Source: a virus
DNA: 64,000 nt
Strand: one strand, 5' to 3'
Virus record (IMG/VR): IMGVR_UViG_3300030329_006034
Coordinates: 29,793-93,792 of that record
Shown in pieces: positions 1-9,642 of this stretch (position 1 is the stretch's first letter; each line of letters begins with the position of its first letter). Position numbers and translations under genes: made by a program. A model generated the notes under the pieces. It saw nothing but the letters and a program-made list of their open reading frames with translations, was not told where the DNA came from and made no database searches.

Positions 1-2
1 AT

Positions 3-524
3 ACATACGAACCAGATGCTAGCTATTTCTTAGGACATGTTCAAGCTCCAACTTCAGCCAAAAGAACATGGGAGTATGATACTTCACATCCTTTTGAATC
101 TCTTTCATGGATGGTTTCCCATAACGGTGTTTTAACTAACCATAAAAAACTTAAAAAAGAATACTGCAGTTTTATACAAAATAATGTAGACACGGCAGTA
201 ATTGTTAATATACTAGAACACTTTACACAAAAAGAACACAGCAAGGGGCTTGTGGCGGTGAATCCTGTTCCTATTATTAAAAAGACGTTGCAATTATTAT
301 CCGGGACCTATGCTTTAAGTATTGTGTTTTGCGATACAAATGAAGTTTTCCTTGCAAGATCCGGATCTATTCTCCACTGTAATACAAAAGGTGACTATTC
401 AACCATGCTAGGTACAGGGTTTAAAGAAATTCCAGAAGGTGTTATAGTAAAATTGAATAACAAAACACGTAGATGGAACAAGGTAGGTAAATTTAAACAC
501 GATTCACCGTTCTCGTTTATATAA
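3..524 (+). CDS. Class II glutamine amidotransferase domain protein (GlmS-N-like), 5' partial
   Basis: The frame is open from the window edge and reads FLGHVQAPTS...TSHPF...WMVSHNG...DT...LSGTYAL, matching Ntn/GATase-II motifs. The track start at 111 is internal. Confidence 0.75.
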   Translation, partial: TYEPDASYFLGHVQAPTSAKRTWEYDTSHPFESLSWMVSHNGVLTNHKKLKKEYCSFIQNNVDTAVIVNILEHFTQKEHSKGLVAVNPVPIIKKTLQLLSGTYALSIVFCDTNEVFLARSGSILHCNTKGDYSTMLGTGFKEIPEGVIVKLNNKTRRWNKVGKFKHDSPFSFI

Positions 525-1174
525 TGGATACAATGATATTCTCAGCAACAGCAGGTAAAGAAAAAGATACCTTATTATGGAAAACAACAGAAAAAGATAC
601 TGTCGTTTTTAAAGAAAATAATAAAGACTCCTTGCAAAAGGTGTACAATAAAGCTATTGATTTTGCAATTCAAGAAAATGTACAAAAGTTGGTATTAGTA
701 CATGATGATGTTATTTTGGAAAACTACTCTGATAGTAAATTAGATAGTCTATTCGAAAGGTTTGATGTTATAGGGTGCGCCGGAACTACAGAGGTTAAAC
801 TAAAGCCACCAGCGTTATGGCATCTAATGGGTGGTGGTTTTGGATCCGGTAATTTATATGGTGCAGTTGCTCACGGTGATAAAAATAATAAACATATGAC
901 AGCTTTTGGTAAATATCCAAAGCGAGTTGTGTTACTAGATGGCGTCTTTTTAGCAATCCACCGTCGTGTGTTTGAAAAGGTTCGTTTTGATGAAAATTGT
1001 CCATCTAAATGGCATTTTTATGATTTAGATTATTCTATGCAATGCCATAAAGAGGGATTTAAATTAGGCGTAGGTGATATTTTAATAACACATAACTCTC
1101 CTGGTCTTACTTCCTTTACTAAGGAATTTAACGAAGGCCAGCAGTGGTTTTTAGACAAGTGGAAAACGAAATAA
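524..1174 (+). CDS. GT-A fold glycosyltransferase (GT2-like)
   Basis: SLQKVYNKAI, LVLVHDDV, LLDGVFLA, FDE...WHFYDLDYS, ITHNSPG. Confidence 0.8.
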   Translation: MDTMIFSATAGKEKDTLLWKTTEKDTVVFKENNKDSLQKVYNKAIDFAIQENVQKLVLVHDDVILENYSDSKLDSLFERFDVIGCAGTTEVKLKPPALWHLMGGGFGSGNLYGAVAHGDKNNKHMTAFGKYPKRVVLLDGVFLAIHRRVFEKVRFDENCPSKWHFYDLDYSMQCHKEGFKLGVGDILITHNSPGLTSFTKEFNEGQQWFLDKWKTK

Positions 1175-1193
1175 CCTATAATACTATTATATT

Positions 1194-2501
1194 GTGAGTA
1201 AACTGGACTTAGATTATTTTGAAAATGTCCTTATGTATAAGTCTCTTACTGATGGGACTTATCTTGCTTCTATTGCTGACTTCGTTCAACCAGATTACTT
1301 TAAGAACAAAGCAATTGCGAGTATTTTTAGTATTATTAAAGACTTTTCCGAAAATCGAAACAAGCTTCCTACTGTTACCGAAATTAAATCATATTTAGTA
1401 TCTGATGAACAAAAGAGTTCGTTTAAAGAACTAGTACAATCGTTTAATGATATCGATAAGAACTTAGATCGTGATGAATTATATGATAATACGGAACAGT
1501 TCCTAAAAGAAAAAGCTGTCTATCATACAATGCTTAACGTAGCAGAAGATGTATCTAGTGGTAAGGTAGATACATCTGATGTTTTAGATAAATTTGAAAA
1601 ATCATGTAACATTAGTCTTGTAACCGACTTGGGATTAGACCTATACTCTAATATCGATACTTTAATAGATGATATTAACTCCGTTGAACGACATATTCCA
1701 AGTAAGTGGGAATGGTTAGATAATAACCTCGGGGGTGGATTTTTAGAAGCTGGGAAATCGTTGTATGTTTTTGCTGGTGAAACAAATATCGGTAAATCTA
1801 TCTTTTTAGGCAACATTGCACACAACATTGCACAAGAAGGTAAGAATGTGTTGCTTGTAACGCTAGAGATGTCAGAGCTTCTTTACGCTAGACGTATTTG
1901 TACTAATGTAACAAAGGTACCTATGAAGGAGTTAGTTGGTAATACTCCAGCTATTAAACAAGCCATAAGCGAAGAAAAAGGTAAAATTTTTATTAAGGAG
2001 TTTCCACCATCAACCATTACTCCAAATCAGTTAAAAGGCTTTATTAAGAAGTTTCAAGAACAGGGTATTGAGCTAGATGCAATTGTACTTGACTATCTTA
2101 ACCTTATGCACTCTACAATGGGTAATAACTCATATGAGCGAATTAAGCACGTCACCGAACAAGTGCGTGCTATGAGTTATTTGTTTAATTGTCCTATTAT
2201 CTCTGCAACGCAGTTAAATCGAGCAGGATTTGATACTGATAATCCTGATCTAGCTACTATTTCTGAATCTATTGGTCTTGCAGCAACTGCAGACGTAATA
2301 TGCTCTATCTTTCAAAATGAAGAAGATAGAGAATTAGGAATTATTAGGTTGGGGATGATGAAAAATCGCTATGGTCCAAGAGGTACATCACAAGCTATGC
2401 GTATTAACTATTCAACTCTTTCTATTGAGGAAGCTGATGACGTAGAATTTGAGGACGAAAGCATGGAAACTCTTAATGCGTTAGCGGGACTTGCATCGTA
2501 A
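1194..2501 (+). CDS. gp41: DnaB-like replicative helicase (T4 gp41-like)
   Basis: Walker A AGETNIGKS, TLEMSE, IVLDYLNLM, ATQLNR, ESIG, KNRYG. Confidence 0.95.
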   Translation: MSKLDLDYFENVLMYKSLTDGTYLASIADFVQPDYFKNKAIASIFSIIKDFSENRNKLPTVTEIKSYLVSDEQKSSFKELVQSFNDIDKNLDRDELYDNTEQFLKEKAVYHTMLNVAEDVSSGKVDTSDVLDKFEKSCNISLVTDLGLDLYSNIDTLIDDINSVERHIPSKWEWLDNNLGGGFLEAGKSLYVFAGETNIGKSIFLGNIAHNIAQEGKNVLLVTLEMSELLYARRICTNVTKVPMKELVGNTPAIKQAISEEKGKIFIKEFPPSTITPNQLKGFIKKFQEQGIELDAIVLDYLNLMHSTMGNNSYERIKHVTEQVRAMSYLFNCPIISATQLNRAGFDTDNPDLATISESIGLAATADVICSIFQNEEDRELGIIRLGMMKNRYGPRGTSQAMRINYSTLSIEEADDVEFEDESMETLNALAGLAS

Positions 2502-2518
2502 GGAACTCTTTGTAAATA
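2491..2518 (+). promoter_or_regulatory. Hybrid promoter TTGCAT-N16-TAAATA, 6 nt before GTG
   Basis: Sequence ttgcat cgtaaggaactctttg taaata gtaata GTG. Confidence 0.5.
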
Positions 2519-2524
2519 GTAATA

Positions 2525-3397
2525 GTGAATATCCAAGTATGGACAGATACTGACTTACACGGAGCTGGGTCTGCTCTCGTTTTAAAGTGGTTATATAAAG
2601 ATGCTAAAACATTTAGTGTCAATGACGTCTCTGAGTATACTTTTACTGGTAGATTCAAAGGCGCAGAGCAAACATTAGATCATTATGATAGGGTCTATAT
2701 TGTTGAGTTAAATTTAACTCCGGAACAAATTAAGTTAGCTGATCGTCATAATGTTGTTGTTATTGACACGCATAAAAATCACATTAACAATAAATCACTT
2801 TATAAAAAAGCAAAAGTTATTTTAGAAGACAGCCCATCAACACCTGATTTAATTTATAATAAGTTTGGTGACCATTTGCTCCATCTAACTGATAAACAGT
2901 TATTAATGATTGAGTATATTAGTACATATGATTGGTATAATACAAGGTATAAAGAATCTCTTAAATTAAATGCAATATATTATAATTTAAATTCTCCAAA
3001 AACAGAAAACTTTATTTCAGCATTTTGTGACGGGTTTAGAGATTTTACAGTTCATGAAAAAAATGCTATTAAGCTCTACTTTAAAAAATTTAAGGACCAA
3101 ATCGAAAACAACGGCGTTTTTAAAGGCAAAATTAAAGAATACAATATTGTCGCGACATTTGGAAATTATGCAGTCGGTGAGCTAGCTCATTTTTTAATTA
3201 AAAAATACAACGCGGATATAGGTATAGTAGTTAACTCACAAGCTAAAGCAGTCTCGTTTAGAAGATCAAAATTAAGCGATGTGGATGTTAGTATCCTAGC
3301 TAAGAACTTGTGTCAAGGCGGTGGTCATGCTTCAGCAGCTGGAGGTAAGTTAACAGAACAGTTTGCAACTTTAACCAAAAAATTTACCCCATGTTAA
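2525..3397 (+). CDS. DHH/DHHA1 phosphoesterase-fold protein with degenerate catalytic motifs
   Basis: TDTDLHG (canonical DxDG), IDTHK (canonical DHH), intact C-terminal SFR...GGGHASAAGG. Confidence 0.75.
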   Translation: MNIQVWTDTDLHGAGSALVLKWLYKDAKTFSVNDVSEYTFTGRFKGAEQTLDHYDRVYIVELNLTPEQIKLADRHNVVVIDTHKNHINNKSLYKKAKVILEDSPSTPDLIYNKFGDHLLHLTDKQLLMIEYISTYDWYNTRYKESLKLNAIYYNLNSPKTENFISAFCDGFRDFTVHEKNAIKLYFKKFKDQIENNGVFKGKIKEYNIVATFGNYAVGELAHFLIKKYNADIGIVVNSQAKAVSFRRSKLSDVDVSILAKNLCQGGGHASAAGGKLTEQFATLTKKFTPC

Positions 3398-3687
3398 TTA
3401 CTAATGCCCCGAAATCACCGTCCTCAACTTTGATCAAAGATGAAACTGATCACCTGTTAATGTGTTTTTGTACATTTTGTTCCTTATTAAAGGGTAAAAA
3501 GTTATCGTTGCAGAACGTGTTTATACTAGTATTACAAGAAGAAAGACTCCGAAATATTCTTAAAGACCTTTTAACCATTGAAACTAACTTTGATGTAGTT
3601 AAACTATTTATAGACTTTGAACCTTCGATTACAAAATCGAAATATATTACAAAGTTCCTTAATGCTAATTCAAACATCAAGTTATGA
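3391..3687 (+). CDS. Hypothetical protein
   Basis: 98-aa ORF overlapping both neighbours in the operon. Confidence 0.65.
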   Translation: MLITNAPKSPSSTLIKDETDHLLMCFCTFCSLLKGKKLSLQNVFILVLQEERLRNILKDLLTIETNFDVVKLFIDFEPSITKSKYITKFLNANSNIKL

Positions 3688-4370
3688 TTAATGAAAAGGA
3701 AAAATCTATATATAACAGTTTTTTATACGCGTCTCGAAAAGCAAAGAACAAACCAGTTCGGTTAAGGCAAAATTTTGACAATATAGCTAGTAAAGATGAA
3801 GTAGCTCTTAAAAAGCTTAATAACCTTTTATCAAAATACTCGCATATTAATTATAGTGATTTTTTTATAGCGCCATATGAAGTATATGGCCCGGATGAGT
3901 ACTTTGATTTGTCGTTCTTTAATACGAGAAGAGCTATAAAGTGCTATTCGTTATATTGTAAAGATAAAGAAACACGAGACCCGGATAGTGAAGATACTAT
4001 TAGCACATTAAAGGAATGTTTAAAGTTTATCTATAAATACTGTTCCGAAGAAAAAATAACACTCCAGGAATATAAAACATATATACCGGGAGTAGCTTCG
4101 GATCTTTTACCGGGTAGTGCAATACCAGAAGTATTTTATCATTTAAAAAACCACCATATCAATTTCTATACACTACACGCGCTTTATATGGATACAGCAG
4201 TAAAAGATATAGATACAGAAATATTCAATTGGTTTATACCTGATTTTATAGATTTATATTCCAAGACACGTATTAAATTTTTAAGTTCCAAATCACTTAA
4301 GGAAAAGGCAAAAAAGGGTCTGAAAATAATAGAACAAAAACTGTTGAAGTTCAGCGCGCAGTCGTTATAA
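3684..4370 (+). CDS. Probable helicase loader (T4 gp59-like)
   Basis: Basic 228-aa protein directly upstream of gp32, as in T4. PEVFYHLKNHHINFYTLHAL resembles the gp59 C-terminal segment. Confidence 0.45.
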   Translation: MINEKEKSIYNSFLYASRKAKNKPVRLRQNFDNIASKDEVALKKLNNLLSKYSHINYSDFFIAPYEVYGPDEYFDLSFFNTRRAIKCYSLYCKDKETRDPDSEDTISTLKECLKFIYKYCSEEKITLQEYKTYIPGVASDLLPGSAIPEVFYHLKNHHINFYTLHALYMDTAVKDIDTEIFNWFIPDFIDLYSKTRIKFLSSKSLKEKAKKGLKIIEQKLLKFSAQSL

Positions 4371-4371
4371 T
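4344..4371 (+). promoter_or_regulatory. Sigma70-type promoter TTGAAG-N16-TATAAT, 6 nt before the gp32 ATG
   Basis: ttgaag ttcagcgcgcagtcgt tataat tatggc ATG. Confidence 0.65.
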
Positions 4372-4377
4372 TATGGC

Positions 4378-5208
4378 ATGAGTACTTTTAATACTTCAAT
4401 GTTTCAATCAATTAAAGACGCGTTAGCAAGCTCTGATAGTAAGGGCTCTGCTACATTCAACGAAATTATGCAGACTAAGGTCGGTAATACGTTTACGGTT
4501 AGACTTTTGCCTTTTGCAAAAGATCCTAGTAAGACATTTTTTCATTATTACAATCACGGGTGGAATTCCTTTGCTACTGGACAGTATGTGCAGACGTTAA
4601 GTCCGCAGACGTTTGGTGAGCGTGATCCTATCGCTGAAGAACGTTTCAAGGTTCTTCGTACTGGTAGTGAAGAAGATAAAGAAAAGATGAGTGCTGTTCG
4701 TCGTTTGGAAAAATGGCTTGTAAATGTTTATGTTATTGACGACCCTGTCAATCCAGACAACAACGGTAAGGTAAAAATTCTGCGGTATGGTAAGCAGCTT
4801 CAAAAAATTATTACTGAAGCTATTGAAGGCGAAGATGCTGAAGAGTTTGGTCCACGTATTTTCGATCTTGGTTCTGAAGGTGTAAACTTTAAGATCAAGG
4901 TTGAGCAGCAAGGTGATTTTCCGACATACGTTTCTTCGAGATTTACCGCTGCTGGTAAAGTTGATCTTTCGGAAGACCAGCAAAAGGATATTTATGATGG
5001 TGTGTTTGATCTCACCGAGGTGTTTACTCTTAAGTCTTATGATGATCTTAAGGAAATGTTCAACGAGCATTACTACTGCAAGACTGAAGATACTACCCCG
5101 GAGACAACAGCGCCAGTTCCGGAAGCAACTCCAGCAGAGCCAGAGCCGGTAGCTGTTGCTAATGACACGGTAGAAGAAGATATTGACGACTTGTTAAAGG
5201 ATCTTTAA
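4378..5208 (+). CDS. gp32: Single-stranded DNA-binding protein (T4 gp32-like)
   Basis: VRLLP, HYYNHGW, NVYVIDDPVNPDNNGKVKILRYGK, IFD...GVNFKIK, YVSSRF, acidic tail DIDDLLKDL. Confidence 0.92.
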   Translation: MSTFNTSMFQSIKDALASSDSKGSATFNEIMQTKVGNTFTVRLLPFAKDPSKTFFHYYNHGWNSFATGQYVQTLSPQTFGERDPIAEERFKVLRTGSEEDKEKMSAVRRLEKWLVNVYVIDDPVNPDNNGKVKILRYGKQLQKIITEAIEGEDAEEFGPRIFDLGSEGVNFKIKVEQQGDFPTYVSSRFTAAGKVDLSEDQQKDIYDGVFDLTEVFTLKSYDDLKEMFNEHYYCKTEDTTPETTAPVPEATPAEPEPVAVANDTVEEDIDDLLKDL

Positions 5209-5209
5209 T

Positions 5210-5695
5210 ATGCAAGAACCACCAATGACGCCAGAGGCTAAAGCAGCCCTAATGCAATTTGTTGGCCAGACATATGGTCAAATGAATAAGCAAGATCAAA
5301 TGATTGTAGGTCAATCGGGTAATTTACAGCCCAAGTCTGATCAATTAAGACAAACATTTGAATCGGTAGCAAAAATGCCTACAGCGCAAAGACCTCAGCA
5401 AGCACCACCGCCTCAGCAAGCACCACCAGCGGAAGAGCCACCTCAGCAAGTTGCTCCTGTTACACCGGAGCAAGCGGCGAAGGAGTTACAGCAACAAGCT
5501 ACGCCACCATCACCTGTAGGGCCTCAAGGACAACCAGGTATACCAGGACAACTAGATTTAGATTTTAGCGAACCAAGTAAAGCAGATAAGCTTATTAGTA
5601 TTCTGGAGAAGCAAAATTTGATTCTTAAAGAAATAAGCTTAAAATTAGATAATGGAAAACCTCTTAAAGCTAACAAACAAAAGCGAATTTCTTAA
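5210..5695 (+). CDS. Hypothetical Pro/Gln-rich protein
   Basis: 161-aa ORF with PQQAPP repeats. Confidence 0.7.
   Translation: MQEPPMTPEAKAALMQFVGQTYGQMNKQDQMIVGQSGNLQPKSDQLRQTFESVAKMPTAQRPQQAPPPQQAPPAEEPPQQVAPVTPEQAAKELQQQATPPSPVGPQGQPGIPGQLDLDFSEPSKADKLISILEKQNLILKEISLKLDNGKPLKANKQKRIS
5393..5451 (+). repeat. Short coding tandem repeat (CCTCAGCAAGCACCACC x2 plus a partial copy)
   Basis: Encodes PQQAPP PQQAPP...PQQ. Confidence 0.7.
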
Positions 5696-6374
5696 GTTTC
5701 TAGACGCTATATCTAAAATTAACGATCAAGGTGTAATTTTAGATATTAAAGATCAAAAAGTATCAGCTCTTGTTTCGAGTCTAGATAACACGTTGATACT
5801 TCATACCGAGCTAACAGGTACTGATGGGGCAGACAATACTTTAAATATACCAGATGTTAAAAAGTTTAAGCATGTTCTGGATACTATAGAAGGTGAGAGT
5901 GTAGATCTTATCATTAATCAAAATAATATTGAATACAAGGGCAACGATATCAAATTTAAATATCATCTCTACGAAGAAGGTTTTATAACTCGCCCTAGTA
6001 TTAATTTAGATAAAATTAATAAATTTACGTACGATGTAGAGTTTAAATTAGATAAAAACACCCTACAGCGTATTTTTAAAGGCTGTGGATTTGCTCATGA
6101 AACTAATAAAATCTATTTTTATACAGATAATAATAGATTGATGGCTGAGCTTACAGATAGAGCCCGACATAATACTGATAACTTTACATTATCTGTCTGT
6201 GATGCGGACTTTACGTTAGATCCCATACCGGTAAATTTAGATAATATAAGACTTTTATCTGTTATTGATGATGGGTTTAATGTGAGAGTTAATACTGAAT
6301 ACGGTGTCGTTGTATTTGATATTCAGAGCAATGATATTAAATTAAAGTATATAATCTCAGCCTTAACTCAATGA
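5652..6374 (+). CDS. gp45: DNA polymerase sliding clamp (T4 gp45-like)
   Basis: 240 aa; FLDAISKIN, LNIPDVKKF, IKFKY, terminal LKYIISAL; replication-cluster context. Confidence 0.75.
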   Translation: MENLLKLTNKSEFLKFLDAISKINDQGVILDIKDQKVSALVSSLDNTLILHTELTGTDGADNTLNIPDVKKFKHVLDTIEGESVDLIINQNNIEYKGNDIKFKYHLYEEGFITRPSINLDKINKFTYDVEFKLDKNTLQRIFKGCGFAHETNKIYFYTDNNRLMAELTDRARHNTDNFTLSVCDADFTLDPIPVNLDNIRLLSVIDDGFNVRVNTEYGVVVFDIQSNDIKLKYIISALTQ

Positions 6375-6709
6375 TCGTGAACCAAAAGAAAAATAAACTA
6401 AAGACGCCGGGCTACTTTATTAAACGTCTTAAAGATAACGATTTTGTTACTTTACGAATTTTTACTAAATACAGTGAATCTGATCCACGTAAATGGACAG
6501 TTTTAGTTGACCCGGGAGGAGCGTCCGTTTTTATTACTTGTTTTGAAAACACCCCGTTTAGAGGAGAGTATCTGTTTTCCTTTAATGATGGTAATCAAAA
6601 CTTTAATAATAATTTTAGCCTAAAGACCGATTCTATTGAAGTCGTTGTTCAAAAGCTCTTAAAGAGTGGTGTTCGCCAGAAGGATGAAAGTGATTTTTTA
6701 AATAAATAA
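6371..6709 (+). CDS. Hypothetical protein
   Basis: ATGA overlap with the upstream stop. Confidence 0.7.
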   Translation: MIVNQKKNKLKTPGYFIKRLKDNDFVTLRIFTKYSESDPRKWTVLVDPGGASVFITCFENTPFRGEYLFSFNDGNQNFNNNFSLKTDSIEVVVQKLLKSGVRQKDESDFLNK

Positions 6710-6713
6710 TAAT

Positions 6714-7040
6714 ATGGGTGATAGAGATCAAGATCAAAGCTTCGATAATGATGAAGAGCTAAGAGAAATGGTTGAACGAGCTCTCAAGGAAAGTATTAAA
6801 GAGAAAAAAACGTTTAAACGCCGTAAAGATTTAGCGTATAGAATATCCTCTATAATTAGCGAATATTTAGATTGCTATATCTTATTGGGGTATGACTTCA
6901 ATGGCAGGCACTTAGACATAAAAGCGGCAAATACCCCGCAACAAGCAGAAGCTCTTAATTCCTTTTTACTCAAATATTTTGCATCTGAAGCGCATTCAAT
7001 AAAAGGTTTAAATCCCCCAGGGCCTGATGAGCTATTGTAA
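6714..7040 (+). CDS. Hypothetical protein
   Basis: TAAATA-N5-ATG upstream. Confidence 0.7.
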   Translation: MGDRDQDQSFDNDEELREMVERALKESIKEKKTFKRRKDLAYRISSIISEYLDCYILLGYDFNGRHLDIKAANTPQQAEALNSFLLKYFASEAHSIKGLNPPGPDELL

Positions 7041-7368
7041 GAGAGACATATATGCGGTTGAGACAGGTGACTACATAGGGCAAATGTTCGCTATAGTCGA
7101 TCTTAAAGAAGATACTATCGGGTGCCTTATTCTCCCGTCCATGGAAAATATTAATGTTCCACGAAAATCGTTTGATAACGGAAGGAACAATGATATAATT
7201 AAATTTGTAGAAAAGCTTCCTAAAGACGTTTATTCAGTTGTTGAGGCGCAATATAGAAAAAATGAAAACCCTGATAATAGACGGAAACAACTTAATACAC
7301 CGAACGTTTTATACAGCAAAGACACAGTCGAAGAAGACAAACAACCACTCGGATTACCAGGTAAGTAA
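7027..7368 (+). CDS. Hypothetical protein
   Basis: 113-aa ORF filling the gap; its 3' end overlaps rnh. Confidence 0.6.
   Translation: MSYCKRDIYAVETGDYIGQMFAIVDLKEDTIGCLILPSMENINVPRKSFDNGRNNDIIKFVEKLPKDVYSVVEAQYRKNENPDNRRKQLNTPNVLYSKDTVEEDKQPLGLPGK
7172..7199 (+). promoter_or_regulatory. Sigma70-type promoter TTGATA-N16-TATAAT with GGAAC in the spacer, upstream of rnh
   Basis: ttgata acggaaggaacaatga tataat. Confidence 0.55.
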
Positions 7369-8146
7369 CTTCCACATATACTTTACGCTTAATGCTGTTA
7401 GCTCCTACGTCAAGCAGTTTGTTCCCGATAATACAATATTTGTATGGGATGAAAAGAAAGAGTATAAACCCAATATACGCAAGAGTATCCTTAAAGAATA
7501 TAAAGGTAATAGATCAAAAGATTTAACGCCGCATCAAAATAATGAGGTAATTAAATCTATTCTCTATTCTATGGGAATTAACTCTATTTTTCCCCGTGAG
7601 TTGGAAGCCGATGATATTGTCGCGTATATTTGCAGAGAACACGAAGGTACGAAGGTTATAGTTTCTGTAGATAGAGATTTTCTGCAACTGGTCAGTGCAG
7701 AGTGCACTTTATATGATCCCATCCGGAAAAAGTTCTTTGAAGAAGGAAATTTTGAAGAAGAGACAGGATATAGTGATGTATCGCAATGGTTTACAGCAAA
7801 ATGTTTAACAGGTGATAAGTCGGATAATGTACCAGGTATACCTCGTTTTGGTAAAGCATCAGTTAAAAGGTATTTTGAGGATCCTAGCTATATGCTAGAC
7901 GAAAAACAGCGAGAAATATTCAAACGAAATTTAGATATATTTTGTTTAGATAAGTATGAGTCGCTTCCAGATGAAAAGCAGTACTATAAGGAACAATTAG
8001 AAGTTAAAATAGACCCCTGTTATAAGACGTTCCTTGAGCATTGTGAAGAACACTCGTTTAAGCGTATTCTTGATAAAAAAGAAGACTGGCATAATTTGTT
8101 TTTTATGAAAAGTCTGTATAATAAGTTAAATGATATCGCTTCCTGA
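7262..8146 (+). CDS. rnh: 5'-3' exonuclease / T4 RNase H-like (FEN family)
   Basis: MKTLIIDGNN, FVWD, YKGNR, EADD, SVDRDFLQL, GDKSDNVPG; start re-called to ATG 7262. Confidence 0.92.
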   Translation: MKTLIIDGNNLIHRTFYTAKTQSKKTNNHSDYQVSNFHIYFTLNAVSSYVKQFVPDNTIFVWDEKKEYKPNIRKSILKEYKGNRSKDLTPHQNNEVIKSILYSMGINSIFPRELEADDIVAYICREHEGTKVIVSVDRDFLQLVSAECTLYDPIRKKFFEEGNFEEETGYSDVSQWFTAKCLTGDKSDNVPGIPRFGKASVKRYFEDPSYMLDEKQREIFKRNLDIFCLDKYESLPDEKQYYKEQLEVKIDPCYKTFLEHCEEHSFKRILDKKEDWHNLFFMKSLYNKLNDIAS

Positions 8147-9191
8147 AGACTTTGTTATACTTAAGTTTTTTGAACTAGGCTTTTATCCAAAGTATAATAA
8201 ATTTAATAACGTTTATCAATGCAGCTGTCCTATCTGCAGAGAAGGTAAATCGTTAGGCAAGAAAAGACGGTGTTATTATATTCCGAAAAACGAAAATATA
8301 TTTTGTCATAACTGCGGCTGGTCTGGCAAGCCATTAAGATGGATAAAGGAAGTTTCAGGTACTACAGATAAAGACATAATTAAAGAATTAAAAGACCATG
8401 TTCCAGATGCTAAAGATATTATCGATAGAGATCAAGATACTAAACCAGACTTTAAAGTCACTACCTTACCTAAGGACTGTATTAATTTGTCTGACGAGCT
8501 TCAGCTTGACTTTTATAGTAACAGCAACGTTGTTACGGCTGTTCGGCATTTAATTAAGGAAAGGCGGTTAGATACTGCCGTAAATAAACCTTCAGCGTTA
8601 TATGTATCATTAACTGACATGGTTCATAAGAATAGACTCGTTATACCGTTTTTTAATGAGAGTGATGAGATTGAGTTTTATCAAACTAGGACAGTCCTAA
8701 ACAAAGACAAAAAAGTTAAACCAAAATACCTAGGAAAGGTAAACGCGGAAAAAACTTTGTTTAATATTGATCGAGTAAGCAGTGATCATGATTGTGTTTA
8801 TATATTTGAGGGACCTATTAACGCATTCTTTACAAAAAATTCTGTTGCTGTGGCAGGAATTACTGAACGAGGTAAATCATTTACTCAACGACAGGAAGAG
8901 CAGTTAAATACAACGCTTAAATGGTATGATAAGACGTGGATACTTGATTCACAATGGGTTGATCAAGCATCCTTAGTAAAGTCTGAAGTATTACTAAAAC
9001 AAGGGGAGAGAGTGTTTATTTGGCCAGAAAAATTTGGGAGGAAATTTAAAGACTTTAACGATATTGCAATTGCTTGTAAGATAGATGAGATTAAGTGGAA
9101 ATTTATAGAAAAAAATACCTTCGACGGAATCGAAGGTATTGTAAGGTTATCCGAAATTAAAAAATATCGAAATCAGACGTATTTAAACTGA
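8130..9191 (+). CDS. gp61: DNA primase (T4 gp61-like)
   Basis: Zn finger CPIC...CHNC, RLVIPF, PKYL, Toprim IFEGPIN, KDFND. Confidence 0.92.
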   Translation: MISLPEDFVILKFFELGFYPKYNKFNNVYQCSCPICREGKSLGKKRRCYYIPKNENIFCHNCGWSGKPLRWIKEVSGTTDKDIIKELKDHVPDAKDIIDRDQDTKPDFKVTTLPKDCINLSDELQLDFYSNSNVVTAVRHLIKERRLDTAVNKPSALYVSLTDMVHKNRLVIPFFNESDEIEFYQTRTVLNKDKKVKPKYLGKVNAEKTLFNIDRVSSDHDCVYIFEGPINAFFTKNSVAVAGITERGKSFTQRQEEQLNTTLKWYDKTWILDSQWVDQASLVKSEVLLKQGERVFIWPEKFGRKFKDFNDIAIACKIDEIKWKFIEKNTFDGIEGIVRLSEIKKYRNQTYLN

Positions 9192-9610
9192 GCGTTACCA
9201 GTTTGTGCAAGGTAACCTTTAAACGACTCGTTTAGTGCTGCGAGCTCTGTAGCAACTCTAGCAATTTTACGCTGTTCAGAGGCTTTCATTCGATCAAAGA
9301 TGGTATCAGGCTCTGCATTAGCTAAAAGAGTTTGAATAGAGTTGGGTGACGACCCATTTAAGTACTCTAAGAAGGTTTCAATTTCACCAACCCATCCTTC
9401 GAGGGTAGCTCTCATAGCTGCATTACGCTCGCTTACAGCTTGCGCAGCTTTTACATTAGGATCTTCTTCTACGGCAGTCTCATCAACATCAATATTAACA
9501 TCAAAGTCTTCTGCACTTGTACCATCCTCTAATTCTGCCTCAAAAGCTTCTCGCTCTTCTACTGCTTGTTCAGTGAGAGATTTAAAAAAACGTCTTTCGA
9601 ATTTAGTCAT
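9173..9610 (-). CDS. Hypothetical acidic late protein (possible head/core protein)
   Basis: TAAATA-N5-ATG; N-terminus MTKFERRFFKSLTE resembles a capsid-targeting leader. Confidence 0.7.
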   Translation of the reverse strand: MTKFERRFFKSLTEQAVEEREAFEAELEDGTSAEDFDVNIDVDETAVEEDPNVKAAQAVSERNAAMRATLEGWVGEIETFLEYLNGSSPNSIQTLLANAEPDTIFDRMKASEQRKIARVATELAALNESFKGYLAQTGNAQFKYV

Positions 9611-9642
9611 AAAATTATTTAGTCTCTAGCATAAATAATTAC
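9611..9642. promoter_or_regulatory. Divergent back-to-back late promoters (TATTTA-N10-TAAATA)
   Basis: 32-bp intergenic region; each box lies 5 nt from its start codon. Confidence 0.7.

Noticed and set aside
7262-7368. 107-nt overlap between the hypothetical gene and rnh as a programmed frameshift
   Set aside because: rnh has its own canonical N-terminus, so a simple C-terminal run-on explains the overlap.
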